From an uncultured Gammaproteobacteria bacterium (GTDB taxonomy: Bacteria > Pseudomonadota > Gammaproteobacteria > UBA9214), in contig CAVWDM010000013.1 of assembly GCA_963753755.1 (NCBI GenBank), positions 281,055 through 345,054 of the forward strand: a stretch of DNA of 64,000 nucleotides, in the 5' to 3' direction. The notes beneath the pieces were generated by a model. The model saw only the letters and a list, made by a program, of their open reading frames with translations. It ran no database searches and was not told where the DNA came from. The stretch's first letter is position 1. Each line of letters opens with the position of its first letter. Of this stretch, positions 30,345 to 40,998 are shown piece after piece. The position numbers and the translations under genes were made by a program.

Positions 30345-32648
30345 ATGCAAAGAAAGAAGAAAAGAACGAACAAAACAGCCCACCGCAGTGACCCACATGC
30401 CAGCCGTGAGGCCTCGCGATATGAACAGCCCATAGCCAGCCGCGAACTGATTCTCGAGGTCATTACTGAGGCGGACCACCCCGTTAATCGCGCCGATCTC
30501 GAGGTGCTACTGGGTATCAGTGATGCTGACGGTATGGAAGCGTTGCGGCGGCGCTTGAATGCCATGACCCGGGACGGGCAGCTGGTTCGTAACCGGCGTG
30601 ACTGCTATGCCCGGGCTGACCAGTTTGACCTGGTGCCGGGTCGCGTTGTCGGTCATCAGGATGGCTTCGGTTTCCTGGTCACCGATGACGAGGGTGATGA
30701 CGTCTATTTGTCGGCACGCCAGATGCGTGCGCTGTTCCACGGTGACCGCGTGCTGGTGCGTATTACCGGCCTGGACCGGCGCGGGCGGCGTGAAGGCAAC
30801 GTCGTGGAGATACTGAAACGCAATACCCAGCACGTGGTCGGGCGTTTCTACAACGAGAAGGGCGTGCAGTTCGTGATCCCCGACAACAAGCGCCTGCCAA
30901 TGGACATACCTGTACCGGCCGGTGAGTCCAACGGCGCCCGGCATGGCCAGATCGTGTCAGTCGAAATCATCGAACAGCCCAGCAAGCGCAATCCGCCCGT
31001 AGGGCGCGTGGTCGAGGTGCTGGGTGACCACATGGCGCCCGGCATGGAAATCGATATTGCCATTCGCAGCCACGATGTCCCGCAGGCCTGGCCGCCCGAG
31101 GTCGAGGCGGAGATTGCCGGCCTGGGTGAACAGGTGCCGGCGAAAGCCAAGCGCGGTCGTGAGGACCTGCGCAATCTGCCACTGGTGACCATAGACGGCG
31201 CCGATGCGCGGGATTTCGATGACGCCGTGTACTGCGAGCCTACGCCCAAAGGCTGGCGCCTGCTGGTGGCCATTGCCGATGTCTCGCACTATGTCCACCC
31301 GGAGACCGCGCTCGACAGGGAAGCCTTTGAACGTGGAAATTCCGTGTACTTCCCCGAGCGCGTGATTCCGATGCTGCCGGAGGTGCTTTCCAACGGGCTG
31401 TGTTCTCTGAACCCGGAAGTGGACCGTCTCTGCATGGTGTGCGAAATGCTCTTTAACAGGGAAGGGCGCATGATCCGCTCGCGCTTCAGTAATGCCCTGA
31501 TGCGCTCGCATGCGCGCCTGACCTACAGCGAGGCCGCCGCCATCATGGTTGAAGGTGACAAGCAGGCCCGCAAACGCCACCAGGGACTACTGCCGCACCT
31601 GGATGAGTTGTATCGCCTCTACAAGGTGTTGCGCAAGGAACGCAGCAAACGCGGTGCGATCGATTTTGAGACCACCGAGACGCGCATCGTCTTCGGTGCC
31701 GAACGCAAGATAGAGCGTATCGTGCCACTGGTACGCAATGATGCGCACAAGGTCATCGAAGAGTGCATGGTGGCGGCCAATGTGGCCGCGGCCCGTTTCC
31801 TGGAACGTCACAAGATGCCGACCCTGTACCGCATTCACGCGACGCCCTCCGGGGACAAGGTCACCGAGCTGCAGGAATTTCTGAATGAACTGGGACTGGG
31901 GTTGCGTGGTGGCCGGAAACCCACGGCCCGGGACTATTCAGCCGTGCTGGAGCAGGCAAAAGGACGCCCGGATGAACACCTCATCAACACGGTGCTGCTG
32001 CGTTCCATGCCGCGTGCCGAGTACAATCCCGACAATATTGGTCACTTTGGGCTGGCGCATGAAAACTACGCACATTTTACCTCGCCCATCCGCCGTTACC
32101 CGGACTTGCTGGTGCACCGTGCCTTACGCCATGTGCTGGCCGGGAGCAAGCCGAAGACGTTTCCCTATACGGTGGACAGCATGCAGGTTTTCGGTGAGCA
32201 TTGCTCGGCCACGGAACGGCGTGCGGATGATGCCACCCGCGATGCCATCGACTGGCTGAAATGTGAATACATGCTCGACAAGGTCGGTGAAACCTACCCC
32301 GGCATTATTACCGCCACTACCTCGTTCGGGATCTTTGTCGAGTTACAGGATATCTACGTGGAAGGACTGGTGCATGTCACCGCTCTGGGTAATGATTACT
32401 ACCATTACGATCCTACCCGTCACTGGCTCATCGGGGAGCGCACCAACCACATCTTCCGTCTCGGTGATCCGCTGGATGTCAAGGTGGTGCAGGTAAACCT
32501 GGATGATCGCAAAATCGATTTCGAATTGAGCGCAAATCAGCAACGCAAAACCGGCAAGAAGGACAGGGACAAGGACAACATCAAGGACAAATCCAGAACC
32601 CGATCCGGGAGAAAGCGTAAATCCTCGCTGAGGAGAAAATCGAAGTGA
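30345..32648 (+). CDS. rnr: ribonuclease R (RNase II family 3'-5' exoribonuclease) with an S1 domain and basic C-terminal tail
   Basis: 767 aa. RNB catalytic-region motifs, a C-terminal S1 domain and a Lys/Arg-rich tail are present. The conserved rnr–rlmB neighbourhood supports the call. Confidence 0.9.
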   Translation: MQRKKKRTNKTAHRSDPHASREASRYEQPIASRELILEVITEADHPVNRADLEVLLGISDADGMEALRRRLNAMTRDGQLVRNRRDCYARADQFDLVPGRVVGHQDGFGFLVTDDEGDDVYLSARQMRALFHGDRVLVRITGLDRRGRREGNVVEILKRNTQHVVGRFYNEKGVQFVIPDNKRLPMDIPVPAGESNGARHGQIVSVEIIEQPSKRNPPVGRVVEVLGDHMAPGMEIDIAIRSHDVPQAWPPEVEAEIAGLGEQVPAKAKRGREDLRNLPLVTIDGADARDFDDAVYCEPTPKGWRLLVAIADVSHYVHPETALDREAFERGNSVYFPERVIPMLPEVLSNGLCSLNPEVDRLCMVCEMLFNREGRMIRSRFSNALMRSHARLTYSEAAAIMVEGDKQARKRHQGLLPHLDELYRLYKVLRKERSKRGAIDFETTETRIVFGAERKIERIVPLVRNDAHKVIEECMVAANVAAARFLERHKMPTLYRIHATPSGDKVTELQEFLNELGLGLRGGRKPTARDYSAVLEQAKGRPDEHLINTVLLRSMPRAEYNPDNIGHFGLAHENYAHFTSPIRRYPDLLVHRALRHVLAGSKPKTFPYTVDSMQVFGEHCSATERRADDATRDAIDWLKCEYMLDKVGETYPGIITATTSFGIFVELQDIYVEGLVHVTALGNDYYHYDPTRHWLIGERTNHIFRLGDPLDVKVVQVNLDDRKIDFELSANQQRKTGKKDRDKDNIKDKSRTRSGRKRKSSLRRKSK

Positions 32649-32665
32649 AGCGGTTGTTTGCCAGA

Positions 32666-33169
32666 ATGGTCCTCAACACGGACCGGGTGCAGCGCGGCTC
32701 TCGTGTGCTTGCCGGACTGGCGCTATTGCTGCTGCTCAGTAACTGCGCCACGGTAACAAATGACCAGGCGGCGACGGCTTATAACGCCCGCGGCATTGCC
32801 ATGGTGCCGCTGGTTGATGGCAGTACCCGCATCGATATTGCCACGGACGCTGCATTTGACTTTGGCAGCGCCGCGTTGCGGCCTGCTTTTGCCGCACAGA
32901 TGGTAACGGTCTTGAAGCCGTATCTTCAACACTCGGTTCGAGTGTCCGGTTACACGGATAACGTCGGTGCGCGCGCCTTCAACCTCGATCTGTCGAAGCG
33001 TCGTGCCCGTGCCGTTGCGGATGTGCTGCGCGAACAGGGTTTCACTGCTGCGCAGCTGGTGGTCAGCGGTTATGGTGAGGACAACCCGGTTGCCAGTAAC
33101 GCCACCGAGGCCGGTCGCCGCCTCAACAGACGCATCGAACTACTGATCAGCGCGCAAGTTCCCGGATGA
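32666..33169 (+). CDS. OmpA-family (OmpA/MotB C-terminal domain) lipoprotein
   Basis: Lipobox LLSNCAT, then OmpA_C motifs (FDFGSAAL...TDNVGARAFNLDLSKRRARAV). It is inserted between rnr and rlmB. Confidence 0.75.
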   Translation: MVLNTDRVQRGSRVLAGLALLLLLSNCATVTNDQAATAYNARGIAMVPLVDGSTRIDIATDAAFDFGSAALRPAFAAQMVTVLKPYLQHSVRVSGYTDNVGARAFNLDLSKRRARAVADVLREQGFTAAQLVVSGYGEDNPVASNATEAGRRLNRRIELLISAQVPG

Positions 33170-33924
33170 CTGCCAGTGCCGGGCATGTATACGGCATTCA
33201 TGCGGTGGCGGCACTGCAGGCACAACGACCCGGATCGATAAAAAAACTGCTGCTTGCCAGCGGGGCAAAAAACGCACAGCTCGATGGTCTGGTCGAGAAA
33301 GCCGTGGCCACGGGTATCGCGCTGCAGGTATTGCCCCGTGCAGAACTCGATGCCCTCATCCCCGGTGCGCGGCACCAGGGCATCATCGCCGTAATCAGGG
33401 CTGCATCCTACGAGCGCAATGAAAAGACATTACCCGCATTCCTGGCGGCACTAAGCGAACCGGCGCTGCTGCTGGTGCTGGACGGGGTGCAGGATCCACA
33501 CAACCTGGGTGCCTGTTTACGGACCGCGGATGCGGCCGGTGTGCATGCGCTGATCATGCCGCGTGACCGTGCGGCTGGCATCACCCCGGTGGTGCACAAG
33601 GTTGCCTGCGGCGCAGTGGAGTCAGTACCCATCTTTACGGTGACGAATCTGGCGCGCACCCTGCGCGCACTGCGTGAGGCCGGCATCTGGATCTATGGTG
33701 CCAGCGGCGATGCCGGTGAGGTGCTGTTCTCCACTGACCTGCGCGGCCCTGTCGCGCTGGTGCTGGGCAGTGAAGGCAGAGGATTGCGGCGCCTGACCCG
33801 CGAGCATTGCGATCACTTGCTGGCAATTCCCATGTCAGGGCAGGTAGAGAGCCTCAATGTCTCGGTGGCGGCCGGGGTCTTGCTGTTCGAGGCGCGCCGC
33901 CAGCGCCAGAAAAATGATCAATAA
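33166..33924 (+). CDS. rlmB: 23S rRNA (guanosine-2'-O-)-methyltransferase RlmB (SpoU family)
   Basis: 252 aa SPOUT methyltransferase (LVLDGVQDPHNLGACLRTADAAGV...LGSEGRGL) immediately downstream of rnr. Confidence 0.85.
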   Translation: MTASAGHVYGIHAVAALQAQRPGSIKKLLLASGAKNAQLDGLVEKAVATGIALQVLPRAELDALIPGARHQGIIAVIRAASYERNEKTLPAFLAALSEPALLLVLDGVQDPHNLGACLRTADAAGVHALIMPRDRAAGITPVVHKVACGAVESVPIFTVTNLARTLRALREAGIWIYGASGDAGEVLFSTDLRGPVALVLGSEGRGLRRLTREHCDHLLAIPMSGQVESLNVSVAAGVLLFEARRQRQKNDQ

Positions 33925-34133
33925 ATACAATATTTATGCAGGAGTAGATTGGATCCGCGACCTAGTGGACAGGGTGGCGGTGCCCCGACGCATAAACGAT
34001 CCGCTGCTGCAATTGCATCTCACGCAGCCCTCACGTAGAATGCGCGCTCTCTTAAAAGGCTGAATAACAGCTGAATTATAAACTCCTTGCCTGTTGCCGA
34101 GACAGCAGGCTACTCATCCACAAGGGGTCTTGA

Positions 34134-34595
34134 ATGAGACATTATGAAATAGTGTTTCTGGTCCACCCTGACCAGAGTGAACAGGTACCTGCGATGATCG
34201 AGCGTTATCGCGGTACAATCGAGGGTGATGGTGGTGCTATCCACCGGCTGGAAGACTGGGGTCGACGCCAGCTTGCCTACCCGATTCAGAAACTGCACAA
34301 GGCACACTACGTGCTGATGAATATCGAGTGCACGACCGCCGCTCTCGACGAACTCAACAGTGCTTTCCGCTTCAATGATGCTGTCATCAGGAGCATGGTG
34401 ATCAGCCGCAAGGAGGCAGTTACCGAACCGTCCCTGCTGGTCAAGCGTCCGGAGGAAAGGCGCGAGCGTGAAGCGCCTGCTGACGATGGTGAGCAGGCTG
34501 AAGCAGAGACTGAAGATGATGATGTCGCCGGCGACACGGTTAAGGCAGCGGATGACGCTGCTGATGATACCGCCACCGTTCCTGCAGCTGAGTAA
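34134..34595 (+). CDS. rpsF: 30S ribosomal protein S6 with acidic C-terminal tail
   Basis: [19 protein letters not shown]... canonical S6 N-terminus. Confidence 0.9.
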   Translation: MRHYEIVFLVHPDQSEQVPAMIERYRGTIEGDGGAIHRLEDWGRRQLAYPIQKLHKAHYVLMNIECTTAALDELNSAFRFNDAVIRSMVISRKEAVTEPSLLVKRPEERREREAPADDGEQAEAETEDDDVAGDTVKAADDAADDTATVPAAE

Positions 34596-34627
34596 TCCCG
34601 GCCAACCGAATTCAAGAGGACCTAATC

Positions 34628-34852
34628 ATGGCTCGCTATTATCGTCGTCGTAAATTCTGTCGTTTCACGGCAGAAGGAACCAAGGAAATTGACTACAAGG
34701 ATCTTGCCGTTTTGAAACAATACGTTTCAGAGACCGGCAAGATTGTACCCAGCCGTATTACCGGTACCAAGGCGAAATACCAGCGGCAACTGTCAACGGC
34801 AATCAAGCGTGCACGTTACCTGTCGCTGTTGCCTTACTGTGACGCACACTAG
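34628..34852 (+). CDS. rpsR: 30S ribosomal protein S18
   Basis: [17 protein letters not shown]...DYKD...LLPYC, the canonical S18 sequence. Confidence 0.9.
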   Translation: MARYYRRRKFCRFTAEGTKEIDYKDLAVLKQYVSETGKIVPSRITGTKAKYQRQLSTAIKRARYLSLLPYCDAH

Positions 34853-34899
34853 ACGAATCTGACTGAAGGCATCACGCAGGACGACAGGTTTTAACCGCC

Positions 34900-35835
34900 A
34901 TGAAAGCACTGGCTGCCTATATTGTCAGTGGTCGCTGGCAAGCGGCATTGATTGCAACGACCTGTGGTGTGATGTCATTTTTACTGCCCTGGCTGGGGGG
35001 TATGCTGAATTACCTGGCGGCAGCGGTGGTGGTACTGGTTACCTTGCACGTCGGCATGCTCCCTGGTCTGCAGGTGCTGCTGATTGCGACCACTGTGACG
35101 GTGCTCTTTTACCAGCTGGTGGGCGTGCAGGCGGTAGTCGGCCTGGTCATGGTGCTGTTGCTATGGCTGCCCTGCTGGATGGCAGCAGCGGTCCTGTTGC
35201 AGACACGCAACCTCGGGGCTGCGTTACGTGCCGCCACGCTGTTCGGTGTTTGTCTGCTGGTAGTGGTGTTTCTGGCCTACGGCGACCCGGCACCCTGGTG
35301 GCTGCAACAACTGCAGCTGGTTGAAAGTACGCTGGAAGAAGCCGGTGTGTCACTTCCGGCAAGCCTGGCCGACCCCGAGTTGCAGCACCAAGTCGCTACC
35401 CTGTTGACCGGCATGGTGGTGGCTTCGCTGGTGATTGGCGTTATTGCCAGCTTGCTGCTGGCGCGCTGGTGGCAGTCCATACTGGTACACCCGGGCGGAT
35501 TCCGGGAAGAATTTTACGGGTTGCGGCTCGGCACCGCGGCCGGGCTGGTGACGCTGGCTGTGATGCTGATGGCACGGCTGACACAGGGTACATTGAGTGA
35601 TTTCAGTGCCCAGCTGGCGATGATATTGCTGGTGCCGTACCTGTTGGTAGGACTGGCCATAATTCACAGCCTGCTAAAGCAATACAGCCGCGGGAGTGGC
35701 TGGCTGGTGGCTGTTTATGTGCTGCTTGCCGTGTTTCCACAGGCAATGCTACTGCTCGCTGCCGGTGGACTAATGGATACCTGGATTGACTTCCGTCGAC
35801 GGCTGCGCCGGGACGCGGGTGAATCCGGGCAATGA
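34900..35835 (+). CDS. polytopic membrane protein of unknown function between rpsR and rplI
   Basis: 311 aa, about 8 TM helices. A hypothetical membrane gene occupies this same position in some other gammaproteobacteria. Confidence 0.55.
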   Translation: MKALAAYIVSGRWQAALIATTCGVMSFLLPWLGGMLNYLAAAVVVLVTLHVGMLPGLQVLLIATTVTVLFYQLVGVQAVVGLVMVLLLWLPCWMAAAVLLQTRNLGAALRAATLFGVCLLVVVFLAYGDPAPWWLQQLQLVESTLEEAGVSLPASLADPELQHQVATLLTGMVVASLVIGVIASLLLARWWQSILVHPGGFREEFYGLRLGTAAGLVTLAVMLMARLTQGTLSDFSAQLAMILLVPYLLVGLAIIHSLLKQYSRGSGWLVAVYVLLAVFPQAMLLLAAGGLMDTWIDFRRRLRRDAGESGQ

Positions 35836-35863
35836 TACATAAAGACAGAGTGAGGTTGTAACA

Positions 35864-36310
35864 ATGGAAATCATCCTGCTGGAAAAAATTGCCAACCTGG
35901 GCGCCATGGGCGAGAAGGTGAATGTAAAGCCGGGCTATGGTCGCAATTATCTGATTCCGCAAGGCAAGGCGGCGGCGGCTACTGCTGAAAACATTGCCGA
36001 TTATGAAGCACGGCGTGTCGAACTTGAAAAGGCATCTGCCGATGCATTGACGGCTGCACTGGCGCGTCGCGATGAACTGCTTGACAAGGTCATTACCATT
36101 ACCTCTCATGCGGGCGAGGAAGGCAAACTGTTTGGCTCGGTTGGCACCGCCGATATTGCCCATACACTGACCGAGAGTGGCACCGCGGTTGAGCGTCACG
36201 AAGTCCGTTTGCCGGACGGCGCTTTCAGGATGGTTGGCGAGCACGATGTGCTGATACAACTGCACACCGATGTGGATGTGACAATAAAATTACTGATTGA
36301 GGCTGACTAG
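35864..36310 (+). CDS. rplI: 50S ribosomal protein L9
   Basis: MEIILLEKIANLGAMGEKVNVKPGYGRNYLIPQGKA, the canonical L9 sequence. Confidence 0.9.
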   Translation: MEIILLEKIANLGAMGEKVNVKPGYGRNYLIPQGKAAAATAENIADYEARRVELEKASADALTAALARRDELLDKVITITSHAGEEGKLFGSVGTADIAHTLTESGTAVERHEVRLPDGAFRMVGEHDVLIQLHTDVDVTIKLLIEAD

Positions 36311-36351
36311 TTAATACAGCAAACAAAGAACACTGCAAGTTGTTGTAATAA

Positions 36352-36386
36352 AGTAATACCTTATATCAGGCAGCCCGGGGGGGATG
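36352..36386 (+). terminator. candidate intrinsic terminator after rplI
   Basis: Hairpin TCAGGCA-GCCCGGGGGGGA-TGCCTGA followed by TTTGTT. Confidence 0.4.
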
Positions 36387-36520
36387 CCTGATTTGTTCAA
36401 GACTGGCACCGGCACGCACAAAGTCAGTCCATTTACAATGATGTCTTTCGCCTGCGTTTGTGCTATTTATTCGCCTTCACTGAACGCGGTGATGTGCACT
36501 TTTATTCGACACGGAACTCA

Positions 36521-37921
36521 ATGGCTGAATTACTACGCTCTGCAGATATCGTGCATGCCGGTACGGATGCGCTAAAGATACCCCCGCATTCATTGCAAGC
36601 CGAACAGGCTGTCCTTGGCGGACTAATGCTGGATAACAGCACCTGGGACACGGTTGCAGACCGCGTCACCGAAGCAGATTTCTACCGCCGCGATCACCAG
36701 CTAATTTTTCGAGCCATTGCCGAGCTGGCTGAAAAGAATCATCCTCTTGATGCTGTCACCTTGTCGGAATGGCTGGAGCACAACAATCTGCTGAATGAAG
36801 TCGGCGGGCTGTCTGCGCTCGGGGTGCTGGCACAAAACACACCCAGTGCTGCGAACATCAAGGCCTATGCCGACATCGTGCGAGACAAGTCGGTTGTTCG
36901 GCAATTGATCAGCGTCGGCAACCAGGTCGCTGGCAGTGCCTACGAAGCCGAGGGGCGCAACACCAGCGAGTTGTTGAACGAGGCCGAGAAGCTGGTATTC
37001 GATATTGCCGAGCAGGGCAATCGCGGCAAGCGTGGTTTCCGGAGTATACGGGCGTTGCTCACGGTGGCCGTTGACCGCATCGACATGCTTTCCCAGCAGG
37101 ATAATCCGTTAACCGGTGTCTCAACCGGTTTTACCGACATCGATGAAATGACGGCTGGCCTGCAGCCCTCGGACCTGATTATCGTCGCCGGTCGGCCTTC
37201 CATGGGCAAGACCACGCTGGCTGTGAACTTTGCCGAGAATGCGGCCATCAAGAACCAGGTAGCGGTGGCCATTTTCAGTATGGAAATGCCCGGTGAGTCA
37301 CTGGCGCTGCGCATGATGTCCTCGCTGGGACACATTGATCAACACAAGATTCGCACCGGCAAGCTGGACGATGACGATTGGCCTCGGCTGACGTCAGCCG
37401 TGAGCCTGCTGGATACGGCCCCCATATTCATAGATGACACGCCGGCCCTGACGCCGATGGAAATGCGCGCACGGGCGCGGCGTTTGAAGCGCGAACATGA
37501 TATCGGACTGATCGTCATCGACTACCTGCAGCTGATGACCATCGGTAACAGCCGCGAAAACCGTACCACCGAGATCTCCGAGATCTCACGCAACCTGAAG
37601 GCGCTGGCAAAGGAACTCGAAGTCCCTGTGATAGCCCTGTCACAGCTGAACCGCAGCCTGGAGCAACGCTCTGACCGGCGTCCGGTGATGTCGGACCTGC
37701 GCGAGTCTGGCGCCATCGAGCAGGATGCCGATGTGATCATGTTCATCTACCGCGATGAAGTCTATAACGAGGAAAGCCCGCACAAGGGGCTGGCCGAGAT
37801 TATCATTGGCAAGCAACGTAACGGTCCGATCGGCACACGCCTGCTGACCTTCCGTGGCCAGTTCACACGTTTTGAGAATTACGCGGCAGACAACCAGTAC
37901 TCAGGTGGTGAATTTGGATGA
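36521..37921 (+). CDS. dnaB: replicative DNA helicase DnaB
   Basis: Canonical DnaB N-terminus (PPHSLQAEQAVLGGLMLDN), Walker A GRPSMGKTT, and the C-terminal helicase domain. Confidence 0.9.
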   Translation: MAELLRSADIVHAGTDALKIPPHSLQAEQAVLGGLMLDNSTWDTVADRVTEADFYRRDHQLIFRAIAELAEKNHPLDAVTLSEWLEHNNLLNEVGGLSALGVLAQNTPSAANIKAYADIVRDKSVVRQLISVGNQVAGSAYEAEGRNTSELLNEAEKLVFDIAEQGNRGKRGFRSIRALLTVAVDRIDMLSQQDNPLTGVSTGFTDIDEMTAGLQPSDLIIVAGRPSMGKTTLAVNFAENAAIKNQVAVAIFSMEMPGESLALRMMSSLGHIDQHKIRTGKLDDDDWPRLTSAVSLLDTAPIFIDDTPALTPMEMRARARRLKREHDIGLIVIDYLQLMTIGNSRENRTTEISEISRNLKALAKELEVPVIALSQLNRSLEQRSDRRPVMSDLRESGAIEQDADVIMFIYRDEVYNEESPHKGLAEIIIGKQRNGPIGTRLLTFRGQFTRFENYAADNQYSGGEFG

Positions 37922-38997
37922 GCCGTCCCGCCCGGGCACGGATTAACCTGCAGGCCCTGCAACACAATTTTTCCCTGGTACAGAAAACAGCACCCGACAG
38001 CCACATCATGGCGATCATCAAGGCCAATGCCTATGGCCATGGCCTGGTCAGCGTTGCACAGGCACTGCCCGCGGCGGCCGCATTTGGTGTGTCCTGCCTT
38101 GACGAGGCGATTGCCTTGCGCGAGGCCGGTTTCGACCGGCGCATTCTATTGCTTGAAGGTCTGTTCGGAGCGGATGATATCGGCCTCATTGGCGGCTACC
38201 GGCTGGACGTGGTCGTCCATCATGACAGCCAGTTGCAGTGGCTGGCACAGGGACATCTGCTGCGTCCGCTGGATGTCTGGCTGAAAATCGATACCGGTAT
38301 GCACCGGCTGGGGTTTGCGCCGGATCGTGTCGGCGATGTCACCTCACGCTTGCAGCAAATTCCGCAGGTCAGCACAGTGCGCTACATGACGCATTTTCCC
38401 TGTGCCGATGACCTTGATAATCCCGATACTCGCGAGCAGATCGATGTATTCAAGTGTGCGGTTGCGAGAGTCGCTGGCGGTGAGCATTCGCTTGCTAATT
38501 CAGCCGGCTTGCTGGGTTGGCCGGCCGCACGCACCGACTGGGTCCGTCCCGGCATCATGCTCTACGGCGGTTCACCACTCGGTGGACGTACTGCCGCGTC
38601 ACTTGGCCTGCAGCCGGTCATGACGCTCAGTACCCGCCTGATCGCCGTCAATGCGCTCAAGCAGGGTGATGCCGTCGGTTACGGTGGTGACTGGCACTGT
38701 CCGTCTGACATGTCTATCGGTGTAGCGGCCATTGGTTACGGCGACGGCTATCCACGTCATGCACCCAGTGGCACCCCGCTGCGGGTAAACGGTTACGCCG
38801 CTTCACTGGTTGGGCGTGTCTCCATGGATATGATTACCGTTGACCTCAGCGATGTGCCAAACGCGCAGGTTGGTGATGAGGTCATCCTCTGGGGGGAGGG
38901 CTTGCCGGTCGATGAAGTGGCCGCTTCTGCTGCGACCATTTCCTATGAACTGTTTTGTGGTGTCGGTTCACGGGTGCAGTTTGATTACAGCGCCTGA
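37918..38997 (+). CDS. alr: alanine racemase
   Basis: The PLP-binding motif AIIKANAYGHG and the dnaB-alr adjacency match E. coli. Confidence 0.85.
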   Translation: MSRPARARINLQALQHNFSLVQKTAPDSHIMAIIKANAYGHGLVSVAQALPAAAAFGVSCLDEAIALREAGFDRRILLLEGLFGADDIGLIGGYRLDVVVHHDSQLQWLAQGHLLRPLDVWLKIDTGMHRLGFAPDRVGDVTSRLQQIPQVSTVRYMTHFPCADDLDNPDTREQIDVFKCAVARVAGGEHSLANSAGLLGWPAARTDWVRPGIMLYGGSPLGGRTAASLGLQPVMTLSTRLIAVNALKQGDAVGYGGDWHCPSDMSIGVAAIGYGDGYPRHAPSGTPLRVNGYAASLVGRVSMDMITVDLSDVPNAQVGDEVILWGEGLPVDEVAASAATISYELFCGVGSRVQFDYSA

Positions 38998-39255
38998 TCG
39001 TTCACTGTTCTCTGACGCGTGCTTGACAACCCCGGGTTGTCGACTAGGCTTTGTGCAACGCAAGGTAACGCAAGGGCGGATTTTCATTAGTACAGCTTAT
39101 CAGGATTTTAACAATTGCCTGTGCCAATCACGGGTCATATCTTTGTCTTATTGATTTGATTGATAAGGATGGGGCAGTACGGAGTGGTACAGAATGGCTA
39201 TCCGATTTGGTACCCGGGATTGGCCTGGAGTTGAAACCACGATTGGAGGTGTGAT

Positions 39256-39523
39256 TATGGGAGAACTGGCTTATGACCTGCAGCAACAAGCTGCATCCAG
39301 TATTGAGATCATTATACACATTGATGAAACCCTGGAAGAGCACGAGCGCAAGCACCTGATCGATGCACTGGAAGCAGCGGATGGCATACATTCCGCTGAA
39401 TTCTGTCCATTGAGGTATCACCTGATGCTGGTACAGTATGACAGGGAGAACCTCAGGTCACAGGATGTTCTCACCAGGGTCAAGGAGCAGGATGTAAACG
39501 CTCAACTCATCGGTCCCGTGTAA
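39256..39523 (+). CDS. small hypothetical protein (~88 aa) followed by a strong intrinsic terminator
   Basis: ORF 39194..39523, with a more likely start at MGELAYDL. No recognisable domain. Confidence 0.4.
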
Positions 39524-39549
39524 AAAATATTCAGTCGGTATCACCCGCT

Positions 39550-39588
39550 CCCGGAGTTGCAGCCCGGGAGTATTTTTTTGCCGGATCT
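39550..39588 (+). terminator. rho-independent terminator
   Basis: CTCCCGG-AGTTGCAGC-CCGGGAG hairpin followed by TATTTTTTTG. Confidence 0.6.
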
Positions 39589-39627
39589 TTTATTTTTCGC
39601 GCCTGCCGGGTAGCCTGTGCAGCACCT

Positions 39628-40998
39628 ATGGCAAAAACCAGAACCCTCTACACCTGCAGCGCCTGCGGCGCAGAATCGCCCCAGTGGGCCGGGCAGTGTG
39701 GCGACTGTGGTGGCTGGAACACGCTCTCTGAAGTTGTCGTTATGCCGAAAACGTTATCCGCTCGCTACTCCGGTTACAGTGGCGAGACACCTGTGCCGGT
39801 ACAACGCCTGTCAGCAGTTAAAACGGACCAGCAGTTACGTACCTCGGTGGGCATGCAGGAACTCGACCGGGTGCTGGGTGGCGGGCTCGTTAGCGGTTCG
39901 GTGGTGTTGATCGGGGGTGACCCCGGTATTGGTAAATCCACCTTGCTGTTGCAGGTGCTGTCCGCCCTCTCCGGCGGGCTCGATTCCCTGTATGTGACCG
40001 GAGAGGAATCGTTACAGCAGATTTCACTGCGCGCACATCGTCTGGGTATCAACGGTGATGACATCCGTCTGTTTTCCGAGACGTCGGTCGAGCGCATTAT
40101 CGCCACCGCCGACAGGGAACGCCCCCAGGTCATGGTGCTGGACTCCATCCAGACACTGTATACGGAGGCCTTGCAGTCAGCGCCCGGTTCTGTTTCGCAG
40201 GTCCGTGAGAGTGCCGCGCAACTGGTGCGCTTTGCGAAGCAATCAGGTATCGCCATGTTCCTGGTCGGACATGTCACCAAGGAAGGGCAACTGGCGGGGC
40301 CTCGCGTCCTCGAGCACATGGTCGATACCGTGCTCTACTTTGAAGGTGATCCCGGTGACCGTTACCGTATTCTACGCGCTATAAAAAACCGCTTCGGTGC
40401 TGTCAATGAACTGGGCGTGTTTGCCATGACAGAGCGCGGGCTGAAAGAAGTGTCTAATCCGTCAGCCATCTTTCTGTCGCGGCATGAACAGGCAGTACCC
40501 GGCAGTGTCGTCATGGTGACCTGGGAAGGCACCCGGCCGATGCTGGTGGAGGTACAGGCACTGGTCGATCAAAGCCAGCTCGGTAATCCGCGCAGGGTGA
40601 CGCTGGGTCTCGAACAGAATCGACTCTCCATGCTGCTGGCGGTACTGCATCGTCACGGCGGGTTGACGCTGGGAGATCAGGATGTGTTTGTCAATGTCGT
40701 CGGTGGTGTGCGTGTCAGCGAGACCGCCGCAGATCTTGCCGTGTTGCTGGCCGTCATGTCGAGCTATCGCAACCGGCCATTGCCGGCAGACCTGATTGTC
40801 TTTGGGGAAGTTGGTCTGTCGGGTGAACTGCGGCCCGTACCCAACGGCCAGCAGCGCATCAGCGAGGCCGTCAAGCACGGTTTTCACAAGGCCATTATCC
40901 CGGCAGCGAACAAGCCAAAAGTGCTGCTGAAAGGGCTTGACGTGACGGCAGTGAATCGCCTCTCAGAGGTGCTGGAAAAAGTATCCGAAGGTTTCTGA
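39628..40998 (+). CDS. radA: DNA repair protein RadA (Sms)
   Basis: N-terminal C4 zinc finger (CSACGAESPQWAGQCGDCGGWN), RecA-like Walker A GDPGIGKST, KNRFG motif, and Lon-like C-terminus. Confidence 0.9.
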   Translation: MAKTRTLYTCSACGAESPQWAGQCGDCGGWNTLSEVVVMPKTLSARYSGYSGETPVPVQRLSAVKTDQQLRTSVGMQELDRVLGGGLVSGSVVLIGGDPGIGKSTLLLQVLSALSGGLDSLYVTGEESLQQISLRAHRLGINGDDIRLFSETSVERIIATADRERPQVMVLDSIQTLYTEALQSAPGSVSQVRESAAQLVRFAKQSGIAMFLVGHVTKEGQLAGPRVLEHMVDTVLYFEGDPGDRYRILRAIKNRFGAVNELGVFAMTERGLKEVSNPSAIFLSRHEQAVPGSVVMVTWEGTRPMLVEVQALVDQSQLGNPRRVTLGLEQNRLSMLLAVLHRHGGLTLGDQDVFVNVVGGVRVSETAADLAVLLAVMSSYRNRPLPADLIVFGEVGLSGELRPVPNGQQRISEAVKHGFHKAIIPAANKPKVLLKGLDVTAVNRLSEVLEKVSEGF

